Assembly (NCBI GenBank): GCA_034423215.1
Contig: DAOUIY010000060.1
Span: 11,305-75,304 of the forward strand
Reading direction: 5' to 3'
DNA from: Dehalococcoidia bacterium
GTDB taxonomy: Bacteria; Chloroflexota; Dehalococcoidia; Lucifugimonadales; UBA3495
Length of the DNA stretch: 64,000 nucleotides
Part shown: in pieces, positions 8,648-18,064 of the stretch
Layout of the letters: each line of letters opens with the position of its first letter
Position numbering within the stretch: the first letter of the stretch is position 1
Translations under genes and position numbers: made by a program
The notes under the pieces: model-generated
The model's database searches: none
What the model saw: only the letters and a program-made list of their open reading frames with translations
What the model was told of the DNA's origin: nothing

Positions 8648-10513
8648 TCACCTCAATACCCGCTCATCCCCCACCCGCCGTGTTATCCGCTGCTGGTCCA
8701 TGTACTCCAGCAGGGGCAGGCTGTACTTCCGGCTGGTGTCGAACATGGTGCGCACGTCTGCCACCGTTATTGACTCCTTTTCTTGTAGGTGGGCCACTAT
8801 CCGCTCCGTAATTTCCCGGTAGGCTGAGGCCGCGAACACCACCGACTCATTCACCCTTACCACCTTCCCCTCGTCTATCAGAAAGCCCAGCAGTTCCGGT
8901 TCCGGGTGGTTCTCCGTGGGCGGCGAGTAGGGCTCCCGCTCCAGGGATGCCAGGTACAGGCTGGCCCGCCGCTCCAGTTCCTCCGTCAGCGTAACCTGGT
9001 GGTCCGGCAGGCGAACCTGCTGCCCCTCCTCCACCAGGCAGCCCTCTTCCACCAGCCGGGCCAGGGCTCTCAGGTAAACCCCCTGCGAAAGCCCCGTGCG
9101 GCTCCGTATTTCCTGGGTGGGCGCCCCCCGGCGCAGGGGATAGTTGTTGTGGTAAGTTTGCAGTTCCACCCCCACCCGGCTCTGGAAAATATCCCAGCCC
9201 TGGGACGAATAGACCACCGCGTCGTTGTCTGCCCCCAGGTTCCCCAGGACCACCAGGTCGCCGGCCTTGGCCAGTTGCAGGGCCCGTTCCAGGGCTTCCT
9301 CCGAAGAGAGATTGCTGCGTTGCGAAAGAGTCCGCAGGTCGCAGGGGCCCCACTGGTCCGCGACGCTGTAAATTATGTCCTCGCCCGTGCCCTGGTCCAG
9401 CATCATCAACTGCTCGATGGTCTCGGGACTGAAACGCCGGTGACGGCGGCGGGGATTAGGGTCCACCACCTGCCCGCCGCCCAGGGTGTCCTCGGCCGAC
9501 CGCAGCACAAAGTAGTCCCCCTTCACCATGGGGATGGGGTCGTCCAGCAGAATCTGTATCCACCCCTCCTCGCCGGGGGCCAGGCGGTCGGCGTCCAGCA
9601 GCCGCACCCGGGCCGTGGTCTCGCTGGTGAACAGGTGGAAGGTGATGCCGGCGTTGTGCCGCAGGGCATGGGGCGCCCCGGACACCATGCGCAGGCGGGC
9701 GTCCACCCTCCGGGTTGATGTCAGCCATCCCGGAAGCGTGACCACCTCGCCCCGTTCGATATCCGCCCTGGCAACGCCCGACAGGTTCACCGCCAGTCGG
9801 ACGCCGGGGTCGCTGCGGTCCACCCGCTCCTTGTGGCTCTGCAGCCCGCGTATGCGTCCCCGCATCCCCGAAGGGGCCAGCTCAACCTCCTGGCCCACGG
9901 CGAACATCCCGTCAATCAGGGTGCCCGTAACCACCGTTCCAAACCCCGATATGGAGAAGCACCGGTCCACCGGCAGGCGGGGGCGGCCCAAATCCCGCCG
10001 CGCTCCGGTCTGGTCCAGTATGTCGTCAATGGTGGCCTTCAACTCCTCCATCCCGGCCCCGGTGAAGGCCGACACGCCGATCATCTGGCAGCCCTCAAAG
10101 GAGGTACCGGCCACTGCGTCCTCCACCTCGGCTTTGACCAGTTCCACCAGTTCGTCGTCCACCAGGTCCGCCTTGGTCACCACCACCAACCCGCGCTTGA
10201 TTTGCAGAATATCCAGGATGGCCAGGTGTTCCCTGGTCTGCTGCATCACGCTCTCATCGGCGGCCACTATCAGCAGGGCCAGGTCAATGGCCCCCACGCC
10301 GGCCAGCATATTCTTGATCAGCCGCTCGTGCCCCGGCACGTCCACGATGCTCACCTCCCGTCCGCTGGGGAGGGTCATCCAGGCAAAGCCCAGGTCAACC
10401 GTCATCTCCCGCTCCTTCTCTTCGGGAAGGCGGTCCGGGTCAATATCGGTCAGGGCCTTAACCAGGGTTGACTTACCGTGGTCAACATGGCCGGCAGTGC
10501 CAATTACGTACAT
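8648..10513 (-). CDS. selB: selenocysteine-specific translation elongation factor SelB
   Basis: GTAGHVDHGKSTL, DVPGHE and TKADL GTPase motifs, EF-Tu-like domains II/III and a long C-terminal winged-helix extension (621 aa). Confidence 0.85.
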   Translation of the reverse strand: MYVIGTAGHVDHGKSTLVKALTDIDPDRLPEEKEREMTVDLGFAWMTLPSGREVSIVDVPGHERLIKNMLAGVGAIDLALLIVAADESVMQQTREHLAILDILQIKRGLVVVTKADLVDDELVELVKAEVEDAVAGTSFEGCQMIGVSAFTGAGMEELKATIDDILDQTGARRDLGRPRLPVDRCFSISGFGTVVTGTLIDGMFAVGQEVELAPSGMRGRIRGLQSHKERVDRSDPGVRLAVNLSGVARADIERGEVVTLPGWLTSTRRVDARLRMVSGAPHALRHNAGITFHLFTSETTARVRLLDADRLAPGEEGWIQILLDDPIPMVKGDYFVLRSAEDTLGGGQVVDPNPRRRHRRFSPETIEQLMMLDQGTGEDIIYSVADQWGPCDLRTLSQRSNLSSEEALERALQLAKAGDLVVLGNLGADNDAVVYSSQGWDIFQSRVGVELQTYHNNYPLRRGAPTQEIRSRTGLSQGVYLRALARLVEEGCLVEEGQQVRLPDHQVTLTEELERRASLYLASLEREPYSPPTENHPEPELLGFLIDEGKVVRVNESVVFAASAYREITERIVAHLQEKESITVADVRTMFDTSRKYSLPLLEYMDQQRITRRVGDERVLR

Positions 10514-10614
10514 GGGAAATGACCTCTGGGGTTGGCGGTTATGGGTTGGCGGCTGGCGATTAGAGAAATTCTACGCGGTTGCGCATTTCTTCCGGGGATA
10601 ATACCTGGCAGGCC

Positions 10615-10751
10615 AGGGGGTGTCGTCAAATGCACCGTCATTCCTGCGAAGGCAGGAATCTTAACTACTGCCGGTCGAGGTTCCCGCCTTCGCGGGAACG
10701 ACGAAAAGGGACGCTAGAAAGCCCCCACATTCAATTTGACGACACCCCCTA
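10615..10751 (+). repeat. interspersed MITE-like repeat, family B (TIR agggggtgtcgtcaaat; two internal hairpins)
   Basis: agggggtgtcgtcaaatgcaccgtcattcctgcgaaggcaggaatc...ggtcgaggttcccgccttcgcgggaacgacg...atttgacgacaccccct. Near-identical copies at 31007-31143 and 44641-44781. Confidence 0.85.
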
Positions 10752-11025
10752 GCGACACTACATTGATGGCCCCGCTCGGGGGATATTTTCGACTGCGATG
10801 GTAGAAGACTTCAAGGTGTGCAATCCCGGAATCGCTGAGTCGAACGAAATCTGTGTCGCTTGTATAGACGATTCGCCCTAATTGCCCAGCTACGTCGAGG
10901 ATTTCCGGATCAGGCCTGCCCCGAAGGCCCAGGTCCTGTACCGAGACTGCGTTAATGCCTTGAATTCTTAAACCGTCTATAACATCAAACCGGATATGTT
11001 CATCACAAAGCAATGAAAGCGGCAT
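10714..11025 (-). CDS. DUF5615-like PIN-fold putative toxin; 3' end runs into a family-B repeat
   Basis: MPLSLLCDEHIRFDVIDGLRIQGINAVSV...IVYTSDTDF. 1-nt start/stop overlap with the DUF433 gene. The last ~12 codons (GGVVKLNVGAF*) are encoded by repeat sequence. Confidence 0.6.
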   Translation of the reverse strand: MPLSLLCDEHIRFDVIDGLRIQGINAVSVQDLGLRGRPDPEILDVAGQLGRIVYTSDTDFVRLSDSGIAHLEVFYHRSRKYPPSGAINVVSLGGVVKLNVGAF

Positions 11026-11306
11026 CAGCGCTGCTCTACTTCCATCCTCTTGGCAAATTCCTCGTCGTCCTTGATGTCCCCCTCAATCTCCACCGCATGC
11101 TCATAGTAGTGCGACAGGGCGGCGTGGATTTGCGCCCGGTCAAGGTGCGGATGAGACTTGCAAATCTCGTCCACGCTCAGGCCCATGTGAACGTACTCCA
11201 GGGCTATGTGCTGGACCTTCATGCGTGTGCCTTCAATGCGGGGCTTCCCGCCGCAAATTCCTTCATCCTGCACAATGTAGCCTGTAGAGATATGTCTTGA
11301 CGCCAT
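11025..11306 (-). CDS. DUF433-family putative antitoxin
   Basis: ICGGKPRIEGTRMKVQHIALEY matches the DUF433 core (CGGxPxIxGTR). Sits upstream of and coupled to the PIN-like gene. Confidence 0.7.
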   Translation of the reverse strand: MASRHISTGYIVQDEGICGGKPRIEGTRMKVQHIALEYVHMGLSVDEICKSHPHLDRAQIHAALSHYYEHAVEIEGDIKDDEEFAKRMEVEQR

Positions 11307-11678
11307 TTGCTGCTTCCTCTTAGCCCTTGGAGGCTTTCGTAAAATTAAAGGCGAAAGCCTCTTTAGAAACTATCTCAAAAGTCCCTTCCCCCTTGAAGGG
11401 GGAAGGTTAGGATGGGGGTGAAAAGATAGTGTAGCAGCCCCTTTTATTGGCAAATCAACAGTTTTGAGATAGTTACTCACCATCCCCCTTTCGTCATTCC
11501 CGGCCCCACGGAAACGACGGATTAGGCCGGTTCAATCATCATTTCAAATCTGTCAGACTGCTAAACCAATACCAAGCTGAAATGCGCATAGTTCCATCTC
11601 CCCTCGCCCTCTGGGAGAGGGGCTGGGGGTGAGGGCTGTCACCTATAGGTAGGGAGAAGAAGCCAGCCTGAACTTAGA

Positions 11679-12617
11679 CTATTCACTATCAGGGGCAGAC
11701 GAAATATAACCTAGACCTTGGTGGTTCTCAACTATTTTAGCGGCTTCCGTGTGCCCGAAAGTATGCATAGTTGCGTGATATACGGTTAAGACCAGATCCT
11801 GCAATTGCTGATCACTCTCCAGGTCTGACAAGCGAAGTCGGGGGTCGAAGTTCCTTAGCTCTGACCTGAAGACGCCTCGGGAATGAGTCAAATGCGTGGC
11901 ATGATCAGTCAAGTAATTTGCGAGAATTTCCGACTTTTCTTCCCGTTGTTCTTTAGGGAAATCGGCGAACATGTAGCGGGAAAGCCAGCCTCGGACCACA
12001 GATGCGGAAAGAGCGGAAGCATTGTCAACTTCCACCAGCAGGGCAGGGCCACATTGATGCAACATGTCGGCCCAAACAGGATACTCCTCAGGATCTCTTA
12101 GGCAGGCTTCCCTTGCCCGTTCAAATTGCTCGGTTATGGCTTGGCCCGGAACCATTCGAAGACCGAAAGGAGTTTGCAGCAGGAATTGAGGGTCTATGGG
12201 GCCCAGGGTTGAATGGGCCGCCATGACGATTTCATCGGCTACGAACGCCAGTATTGTACCTGCTGACATTGCCATGTGCGGAACGAATACCCGTATGGCA
12301 TCGAATTTTTCCCTCAGGTATTCCCCAATCGCTTCGGTGGCTTCAACCGATCCACCAGGGCTGTGTAGTATCAGGTCTAGGGACGGCCCATTCAAACCGT
12401 GAACGGCTTCCATAAAACCTTGCATGTCTGAATGATCTATGGAAGTCAAAGAGGGGGCCCAGGGCTTTTGTAAATGGCCACTGGCATAAAGGATGACATC
12501 ATTGCCGGTGTAGCGGTGAAGATTTTCGATAGCTTGGCGACGCACCATGTCATGCGCGTCTTCAGGGGAAATAGCCATCCCTTGAATCTGGTCTATTATT
12601 TTGCCCCATGTCGGCAT
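11679..12617 (-). CDS. SDH-family (SppA/ClpP-fold) serine protease
   Basis: DLILHSPGGSVEATEAIGEYLREKFDAIRVFVPHMAMSAGTILAFVADEIVMAAHSTLGPIDPQ matches the serine dehydrogenase proteinase family core as I remember it. Sampled line 11701-11760 has 27/60 GC. Confidence 0.7.
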   Translation of the reverse strand: MPTWGKIIDQIQGMAISPEDAHDMVRRQAIENLHRYTGNDVILYASGHLQKPWAPSLTSIDHSDMQGFMEAVHGLNGPSLDLILHSPGGSVEATEAIGEYLREKFDAIRVFVPHMAMSAGTILAFVADEIVMAAHSTLGPIDPQFLLQTPFGLRMVPGQAITEQFERAREACLRDPEEYPVWADMLHQCGPALLVEVDNASALSASVVRGWLSRYMFADFPKEQREEKSEILANYLTDHATHLTHSRGVFRSELRNFDPRLRLSDLESDQQLQDLVLTVYHATMHTFGHTEAAKIVENHQGLGYISSAPDSE

Positions 12618-12935
12618 TTTAAGTGTCGCGTCTCCACGTTGATTTATTGCCGGCCCTCACTGTGGGCAGCCTGGTGCTTCGATTCTTTTGATTGACCGGT
12701 CGCCCACTGCGAGGCCGAGACATCTTGCTTGAAGGGTTGCCTTTATAGAAATTTCCAATTAGCTTGAAGAATTCCGTGATTTCTCTCTCCTTGTTACTGT
12801 TAATGCCTTGTCGGAAATTGTGCATAATATCTCCACGTAATTGGTAAACTTCTTACCAATTCAAGTGTAGCATACCGATTTCAACTAAAATATCGGGGTA
12901 GCAAGTTTAGCCGAGATGTTCGGAGAGTATAAACC

Positions 12936-13664
12936 ATGAACCTTCAACAAGCCATGCAGCAACTGGAAGAATTGGGCACCGCCCAGAACCGCAAGATTTA
13001 CGCACGCCACGGCGTCGGCGATGCCATGTTTGGCGTCAGCTTTGCCAACCAGAACAAGCTGGCCAAGACCATCAAGCGCAATCACGATTTGGCCCTGGAG
13101 CTTTGGGCCACCGCCAACCACGACGCCCGCATCCTGGCCACCATGGTTGCCGACCCGGGCCAGGCCGACGATGCTCTGCTGGAGGCCTGGGCTAACGACC
13201 TGGACAGCTACGTCATCACCGACGCTTTTTCCGGCTTTGTCGGCAAGACGGCCCTGGCACAGCCCAAGGCCGAGGCATGGACCGGTTCCCATGGGGAATG
13301 GCCGGGCCGCGCCGGCTGGCACCTGGTGGCCCACCTGGCCATGAAGGACCAGGACCTCCCCGACGGCTACTTCACCGCTCACCTGCAAACCATCGAGGGG
13401 GAGATTCACTCCCGCAAGAACCGCGTCCGCGACGCCATGAACAATGCGCTCATATCCATAGGCATCCGCAACGATGCGCTGGAGCAGTTGGCCCTCGCCG
13501 CCGCCGCCCGTATCGGCAAGGTCGAGGTTGACCACGGTCAGACCGGCTGCAAAACTCCCGACGCTGCCGACTACATCCGCCGCACCCTGGCCCGCCGCCA
13601 GCAGAAGGCTCAAAAAGCTGCCGAGAAGGCCGCGGAAAAGGCAGCGGCAGCAGCGAAGAAATAG
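12936..13664 (+). CDS. DNA alkylation repair enzyme (AlkD/YhaZ-like HEAT-repeat protein)
   Basis: MNLQQAMQQLEELGTAQNRKIYARHGVGDAMFGVSFANQNKLAKTIKRNHDLALELWATANHDARILA is the typical N-terminus of this family. Low-complexity KAAEKAAEKAAAAAKK tail. Confidence 0.7.
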   Translation: MNLQQAMQQLEELGTAQNRKIYARHGVGDAMFGVSFANQNKLAKTIKRNHDLALELWATANHDARILATMVADPGQADDALLEAWANDLDSYVITDAFSGFVGKTALAQPKAEAWTGSHGEWPGRAGWHLVAHLAMKDQDLPDGYFTAHLQTIEGEIHSRKNRVRDAMNNALISIGIRNDALEQLALAAAARIGKVEVDHGQTGCKTPDAADYIRRTLARRQQKAQKAAEKAAEKAAAAAKK

Positions 13665-13667
13665 CTC

Positions 13668-14318
13668 CTACTTTTGGAAAAGGTAGGCTTCCGCTTCCAT
13701 CGCCGGCTTGTACCTGGCTCGGCTGGGTGGGCGACCCGTGTCTGCTGCCACCATATCCGCCGTGATGCAGGCGCCGCCCTCCAGCCTGAAGTAATCTGCC
13801 AGTTCCTCTTCAGACCTTGCCAGCCGAAGAGTCTCTTTCTCAAAGGCTCCAATCAGCCGGTAGTCGGGATCGGTAAAGGCTCGGCGCGCATCATAGTGCT
13901 CGTCGTTAGCCAGCAGCAGGCCGCCCGGCCGTAGAAAGCCCTTGGCTGCCAGCGATACAAGCCCGGCATTGAGAGAAATCAGCAAGTCAAAGGACGCGGG
14001 CGGCTCGGCATCGAATCCCTCGTAGTCCTGCTCGTAGCACTGTATCTCGGCCTCTTCCGGGTAGCTCTTCCGGGCGTCAATATAGCCAAGAAGTTCGGCA
14101 TCGGACAGCGCCCGGCCAATGCCCTTCAGGGAATCCACGTAACAGACCGATGGGAATACCAGCGAGGGCGTAATGTGCAGGTAACTGCCGGGATAAAGCG
14201 CCCGCCTGCATCCAAACGCATCCCGAATCTGTTGGAAAACCCGTAGCAGGTTAGGCTGTCGCCCCGACTGCTCCCCGTATCTGGCCAGGTAGGTTTCCAG
14301 CGCCTGGTGGTTTCTCAT
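13668..14318 (-). CDS. hypothetical protein, possibly SAM-dependent methyltransferase fold
   Basis: Started at ATG 14318 (MRNHQALETYL) because ORF-track residues 1-67 are encoded by family E/A repeats. LLISLNAGLVSLAAKGFLRPGGLLLAND is a weak methyltransferase-like motif only. Confidence 0.4.
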   Translation of the reverse strand: MRNHQALETYLARYGEQSGRQPNLLRVFQQIRDAFGCRRALYPGSYLHITPSLVFPSVCYVDSLKGIGRALSDAELLGYIDARKSYPEEAEIQCYEQDYEGFDAEPPASFDLLISLNAGLVSLAAKGFLRPGGLLLANDEHYDARRAFTDPDYRLIGAFEKETLRLARSEEELADYFRLEGGACITADMVAADTGRPPSRARYKPAMEAEAYLFQK

Positions 14319-14346
14319 TGGCCTTCGCTTCCAGGATCCCCGAGGC

Positions 14347-14545
14347 CTGGGCAAACGCATTCTAAATGTGGAATAGTCCGTCGTTCCCGCGAAGGCGGGA
14401 GACCTTGACCGGTTGTAGTCGCGGTTCCCCCTGCGCAGCAATGACGGTTGGCTGACATTCCCGCTCAACCTGGGCTTGTCGAAGGGCCGCCCCCGCTCAT
14501 GGTGAGCTTGTCGAACCATCAGCGGACTTTCAGCTTATCCGTCAT
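14347..14545 (+). repeat. composite of family E (left part) and rearranged family A repeats
   Basis: gggcaaacgcattctaaatgtggaatagtccgtcgttcccgcgaaggcggga... followed by ccgctcaacctgggcttgtcgaagggccgcc..ctcatggtgagcttgtcgaacc. Confidence 0.6.
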
Positions 14546-14671
14546 TCCTATGGCTATGTCCCAATAATCTCTTACCCAAATGGTGATACTGGACCGCGGC
14601 TAATCCCTCGTAAACCGGGCGTCAAAAACCAGTCGTCGAGAACCGGCGCCAGAAACCGGGCGGCTGTTCGC

Positions 14672-16030
14672 CTATCTATAGGGCCTCTTCAAAGCGTCCG
14701 GCGGGTTGGACTGGCCCAGGTAGTTATCGCCCCAGCAGACTACTACGCCGTCCGACCGCAGGGCGCAGGCGTGAAGCCCGCCCGCGCTGATGGCCACAAA
14801 CCCGCTGCGTTCCGGCGGCTCCAGGTCCCGCGCGCTTCCCAGTCCCCAGCAAATGGCGGTGCTGTCGGGCCGAATGCCGCAGCTGAATTCGTTGCCGGCC
14901 GCCACGTCCACCATGCGGACACCCTCGGGCGGCGTGGATTGTCCGGCCAGGTCGCTCCCCCAGCAGTCCACCAGGCCGTCCTCCCGCAGCCCGCAGGTAT
15001 GCCTGTCCCCGCTGTCTATCTTCAGGTAGTTTGCCCCCTCGGGGACATTTTTCTGGCCGTAGTTGTTGCGGCCCCAGCAGACAGCGCTGCCGTCCTCCCT
15101 CAGTCCGCAACTGAATTCATCGCCCGCGGTCACTGCCGCAAAGGTCTCGTCCAGGGGAGCCTCCGTCTGGCCCCGGTCATCGTTGCCCCAGCAGGCCGCC
15201 ACCCCGTCAGGTTTAATTCCGCAGATGTGCTGCTTTCCGGCGGTGATGGACTCCAGCCTCAGGCTGCGGTCCACCTGCCGGGTGCCCAGCCGGTCGCGAC
15301 CCCAGCAGAAGGTAACGCCCTCCTTCCCCGGGTCGGCCTGTATGCCGCAGGAAAAATCGCTGCCGGCGCTCACGTCTGAGAAGGTGACCCCCACGGGCAC
15401 GCTCAGCTGCAAATTGATGTCGCTTCCCCAGCATATCGCCGAACCGTCCGACTTCAGCACGCAGCTGTGCGCCCCGCCGCTGTCTATCCGAACTATGGTC
15501 ACCGGCCCCGGCGTAGGCTCCGGTGGAGTCGTGGGTATCGGCGTAGGTATAGCCGTGGGAATGGCCGTGGGTACTGGCGTGGGTACTGGCGTGGGTACTG
15601 GCGTCGGCGTGGAAATCGCTGTAGCAACCGGGGCCGGCGTAGCCGTAGAGGCCGGTGTGGCGACCGGCGCCGGTATCGCTGTGGGTTGCGCCACCACCAC
15701 CGGTTCCTGGGTAGGTTCCTCAGTGGGTTCTTCTGTGGGTTCCTCCGCCGGTTCTTCCGCCGGCTCTTCAGTAGCCTCCTCGGTTGCCTGCGCCGTCTGG
15801 CTGCTCACCGCCGCCGCCACCGCCGCGTCTATGGTCGCCTGAATGTTGGGCGTAGGTTCCGCCGTCGGCGCCGGCGTGGACGTCGGGGCGGGCGGGTCAG
15901 TCGGAACCGGCTGTCCGGTGTCGCAGGCGGCGAGCAACAGAAGGCCCATCAGGGAAAGGGAAACAACAAGCAGCGCTCTGCCCAGGGATTGTACCCCGGA
16001 GCGGGTGGTGAAGGTCTTGGCGTAGTGCAA
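14672..16030 (-). CDS. secreted lipoprotein with Pro/Thr-rich linker and seven RCC1-like repeats
   Basis: Signal plus lipobox LLLLAAC; long PTPVPTPVPT linker. Repeated xCWGxxxxGQ units: ICWGSD, FCWGRD, ACWGND, VCWGRNNYGQ, DCWGSDLAGQ, ICWG, VCWGDNYLGQ. Confidence 0.75.
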   Translation of the reverse strand: MHYAKTFTTRSGVQSLGRALLVVSLSLMGLLLLAACDTGQPVPTDPPAPTSTPAPTAEPTPNIQATIDAAVAAAVSSQTAQATEEATEEPAEEPAEEPTEEPTEEPTQEPVVVAQPTAIPAPVATPASTATPAPVATAISTPTPVPTPVPTPVPTAIPTAIPTPIPTTPPEPTPGPVTIVRIDSGGAHSCVLKSDGSAICWGSDINLQLSVPVGVTFSDVSAGSDFSCGIQADPGKEGVTFCWGRDRLGTRQVDRSLRLESITAGKQHICGIKPDGVAACWGNDDRGQTEAPLDETFAAVTAGDEFSCGLREDGSAVCWGRNNYGQKNVPEGANYLKIDSGDRHTCGLREDGLVDCWGSDLAGQSTPPEGVRMVDVAAGNEFSCGIRPDSTAICWGLGSARDLEPPERSGFVAISAGGLHACALRSDGVVVCWGDNYLGQSNPPDALKRPYR

Positions 16031-16340
16031 AGTGGGTTACTCTCCAGCGAAAATTCCGGACCAGCAAGTAAAGTCCAGGTAGATAGGCTATAGGTTATGT
16101 AAAGGATTGGCAAGTATGGAGACCTGCAATGCGGAGGAGAAATTAAAGCGACCGGCGCCAGGCGCTGTATTAGGAAGCTATCTCAAAAGTCCCTTCCCCC
16201 TTGACGGGGAAGGCCAGAATAGGGGTGACGGATAATGCAATGCTAACGCCTGTAGCAAATGCGAAGTCCAATAACCGTCTTGAGACAGTCCCTAAGTAGT
16301 CCGGCGGGGCCAGGCGGGACCTGTCTGGTAGCTCCGGCTC

Positions 16341-17648
16341 TCAGTCCAGGAAGCGCGTAAATACCTGGTTGGCTACCAGGTAGGCCGATTCGTGCAGCCG
16401 TATCAACGTATCCCGCCTTACCAGCAGCCCCAGATCCAGCAGTTCGGCAATCTGCGGCTCGTACCGGGCCGCCAGATCGGCCCCCGTCCGTCCTGAAGCC
16501 TCTGCCAGGTCCAGCCCGTCCAGCAGCCTCAGTCCCAGGAACATGGTCTCCGCCATAGCCAGGTCGTCGCCTATCTGCTCGTACCCGCCTACCGGTCCCG
16601 CCGAGTCCAGCCACCGGCCGTCAATAGACGCAATCGGCCCGCTTACCTTGTCGGCCCACGCCTTGGCCGCTTCTATGTATCCCCGGGGAGAGTCCATGTC
16701 CCAGAACCGGTAGCCGCCCAGGGAGGAATGGGACCCCGGCCCGACGCCCAGGTAGGGCAGGTTCCGCCAGTAGGCCAGGTTGTGCTGCGATGCCAGCCCG
16801 ATGGGGGATTCAGGCCCGGGCTTCGACCAGTTGGATATCTCGTAATGGTGGTAGCCCCGCTCTCCCAGCAATGCGCGGGCGTATTGGTACATATCCGCCG
16901 CCAGGTCCGCGTCGGGATGCGGGACTTCCCCCCGTTCCACCCACCGATGCAGCGGAGTGCCCTCCTCTACCGTCAGGGCGTACAGCGAAATGTGGGCCGG
17001 TTCCAGGTCGGCCAGCCTCTGCAGCGTGTCCTGCCACTGCTCCAGCGACTGCCGCGGCAGCCCGTAAATCAGGTCCAGGTTGACGTTGTCGAAACCCGCC
17101 TCTCGCAGCGTGCGGTAGGCGGCCATTGCCCCGTCGGCATCGTGCCGGCGGCCCAGCAGGTTCAGCAGGTCGTTGTCCAGCGACTGCACCCCGACGCTTA
17201 CCCGGTTGATTCCCTGCTTCCGCAGGCCGGCTGCCCTTTCCGGCGTAAGGTCGCCCGGGTTGGCCTCCACCGTAACCTCCGCATCGGCCCGAAGGTCAAA
17301 GGCTTGGCCCACCGCCGCCATTATCCCGCCCAGCGCGCCGTCGGGCAGGTACGAAGGTGTCCCCCCGCCGAAGAACACCGTATTGACCGGCGGAGCGTCC
17401 AGCGCCCGTCCCCACGCCCGCACCTCGGCCTCCAGCGCGGCAACAAAGGGCGACATCAGGCCCTCAATGCCCTGGTAGGTGTTGAAGTCGCAATAGGGGC
17501 ACTTGGTCTGGCAGAAGGGGACGTGGATATAAAGGGATATTCCGCTGTCCTGCAGGGCAGCCACTTCATGTCGGGCAGTGGTAGTCACTTCGCTGTCACC
17601 CTGGGTTTGACCGCTTTGCATTGATGGGTAAACCGGGGGTCCGCTCAT
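16341..17648 (-). CDS. hemW: radical SAM heme chaperone / coproporphyrinogen oxidase-like HemW
   Basis: LYIHVPFCQTKCPYCDF radical-SAM CxxxCxxC and a HemN_C-like tail. Start uncertain: ATG 17648 lies inside a family-A repeat, and an in-frame GTG at 17588 is an alternative. Confidence 0.8.
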   Translation of the reverse strand: MSGPPVYPSMQSGQTQGDSEVTTTARHEVAALQDSGISLYIHVPFCQTKCPYCDFNTYQGIEGLMSPFVAALEAEVRAWGRALDAPPVNTVFFGGGTPSYLPDGALGGIMAAVGQAFDLRADAEVTVEANPGDLTPERAAGLRKQGINRVSVGVQSLDNDLLNLLGRRHDADGAMAAYRTLREAGFDNVNLDLIYGLPRQSLEQWQDTLQRLADLEPAHISLYALTVEEGTPLHRWVERGEVPHPDADLAADMYQYARALLGERGYHHYEISNWSKPGPESPIGLASQHNLAYWRNLPYLGVGPGSHSSLGGYRFWDMDSPRGYIEAAKAWADKVSGPIASIDGRWLDSAGPVGGYEQIGDDLAMAETMFLGLRLLDGLDLAEASGRTGADLAARYEPQIAELLDLGLLVRRDTLIRLHESAYLVANQVFTRFLD

Positions 17649-18064
17649 GGTGAGCCTGTCGAGCCACCACCACCCTGGTCATCATCAATAAACCTGGCCC
17701 TGCCGTCCACCACCTGCGACGGGTCCTTATCCTCGGGCCGGTCCGACGGCGCCGCCCGCCCCAGGTGCTCGTCCACCACGTGCTGCGGCGACAGCTTCAC
17801 CAGGAACAGCACCGCCAGCCCCAAAATAATCACGTCGTCCATCCGCCCGATGATGGGAATATTGTCCTTGATAAGGTCAAAGGGCCAGATTAAATACACC
17901 AGCGCCAGGGGCACCAGCCCGCGAACGACGATGTTAACCCGCTTGTCAAAAGTAAGCCGCCACACCAGCATGAAATACCGGATGATGGTGGGCAAAATCC
18001 GGGGCAGCAGCATCAACAAAACCGGAATAAACAACCGGGACATAACGCCCCCCAAAGCAGCCAA
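17645..18064 (-). CDS. DUF1232 (YkvA-like) membrane protein
   Basis: WPFDLIKDNIPIIGRMDDVIILGLAVLF matches the DUF1232 core (DLIPDxIPxxGxxDD). 4-nt overlap with the hemW ORF start. Confidence 0.6.
   Translation of the reverse strand: MAALGGVMSRLFIPVLLMLLPRILPTIIRYFMLVWRLTFDKRVNIVVRGLVPLALVYLIWPFDLIKDNIPIIGRMDDVIILGLAVLFLVKLSPQHVVDEHLGRAAPSDRPEDKDPSQVVDGRARFIDDDQGGGGSTGSP

Noticed and set aside
12619-12825. 68-aa basic ORF ending 2 nt before the SDH protease start
   Set aside because: The region is AT-rich and leader-like, no RBS or motif was recognised, and the Lys/Arg/Asn-rich composition is consistent with a chance ORF. It is mentioned in the protease finding only.
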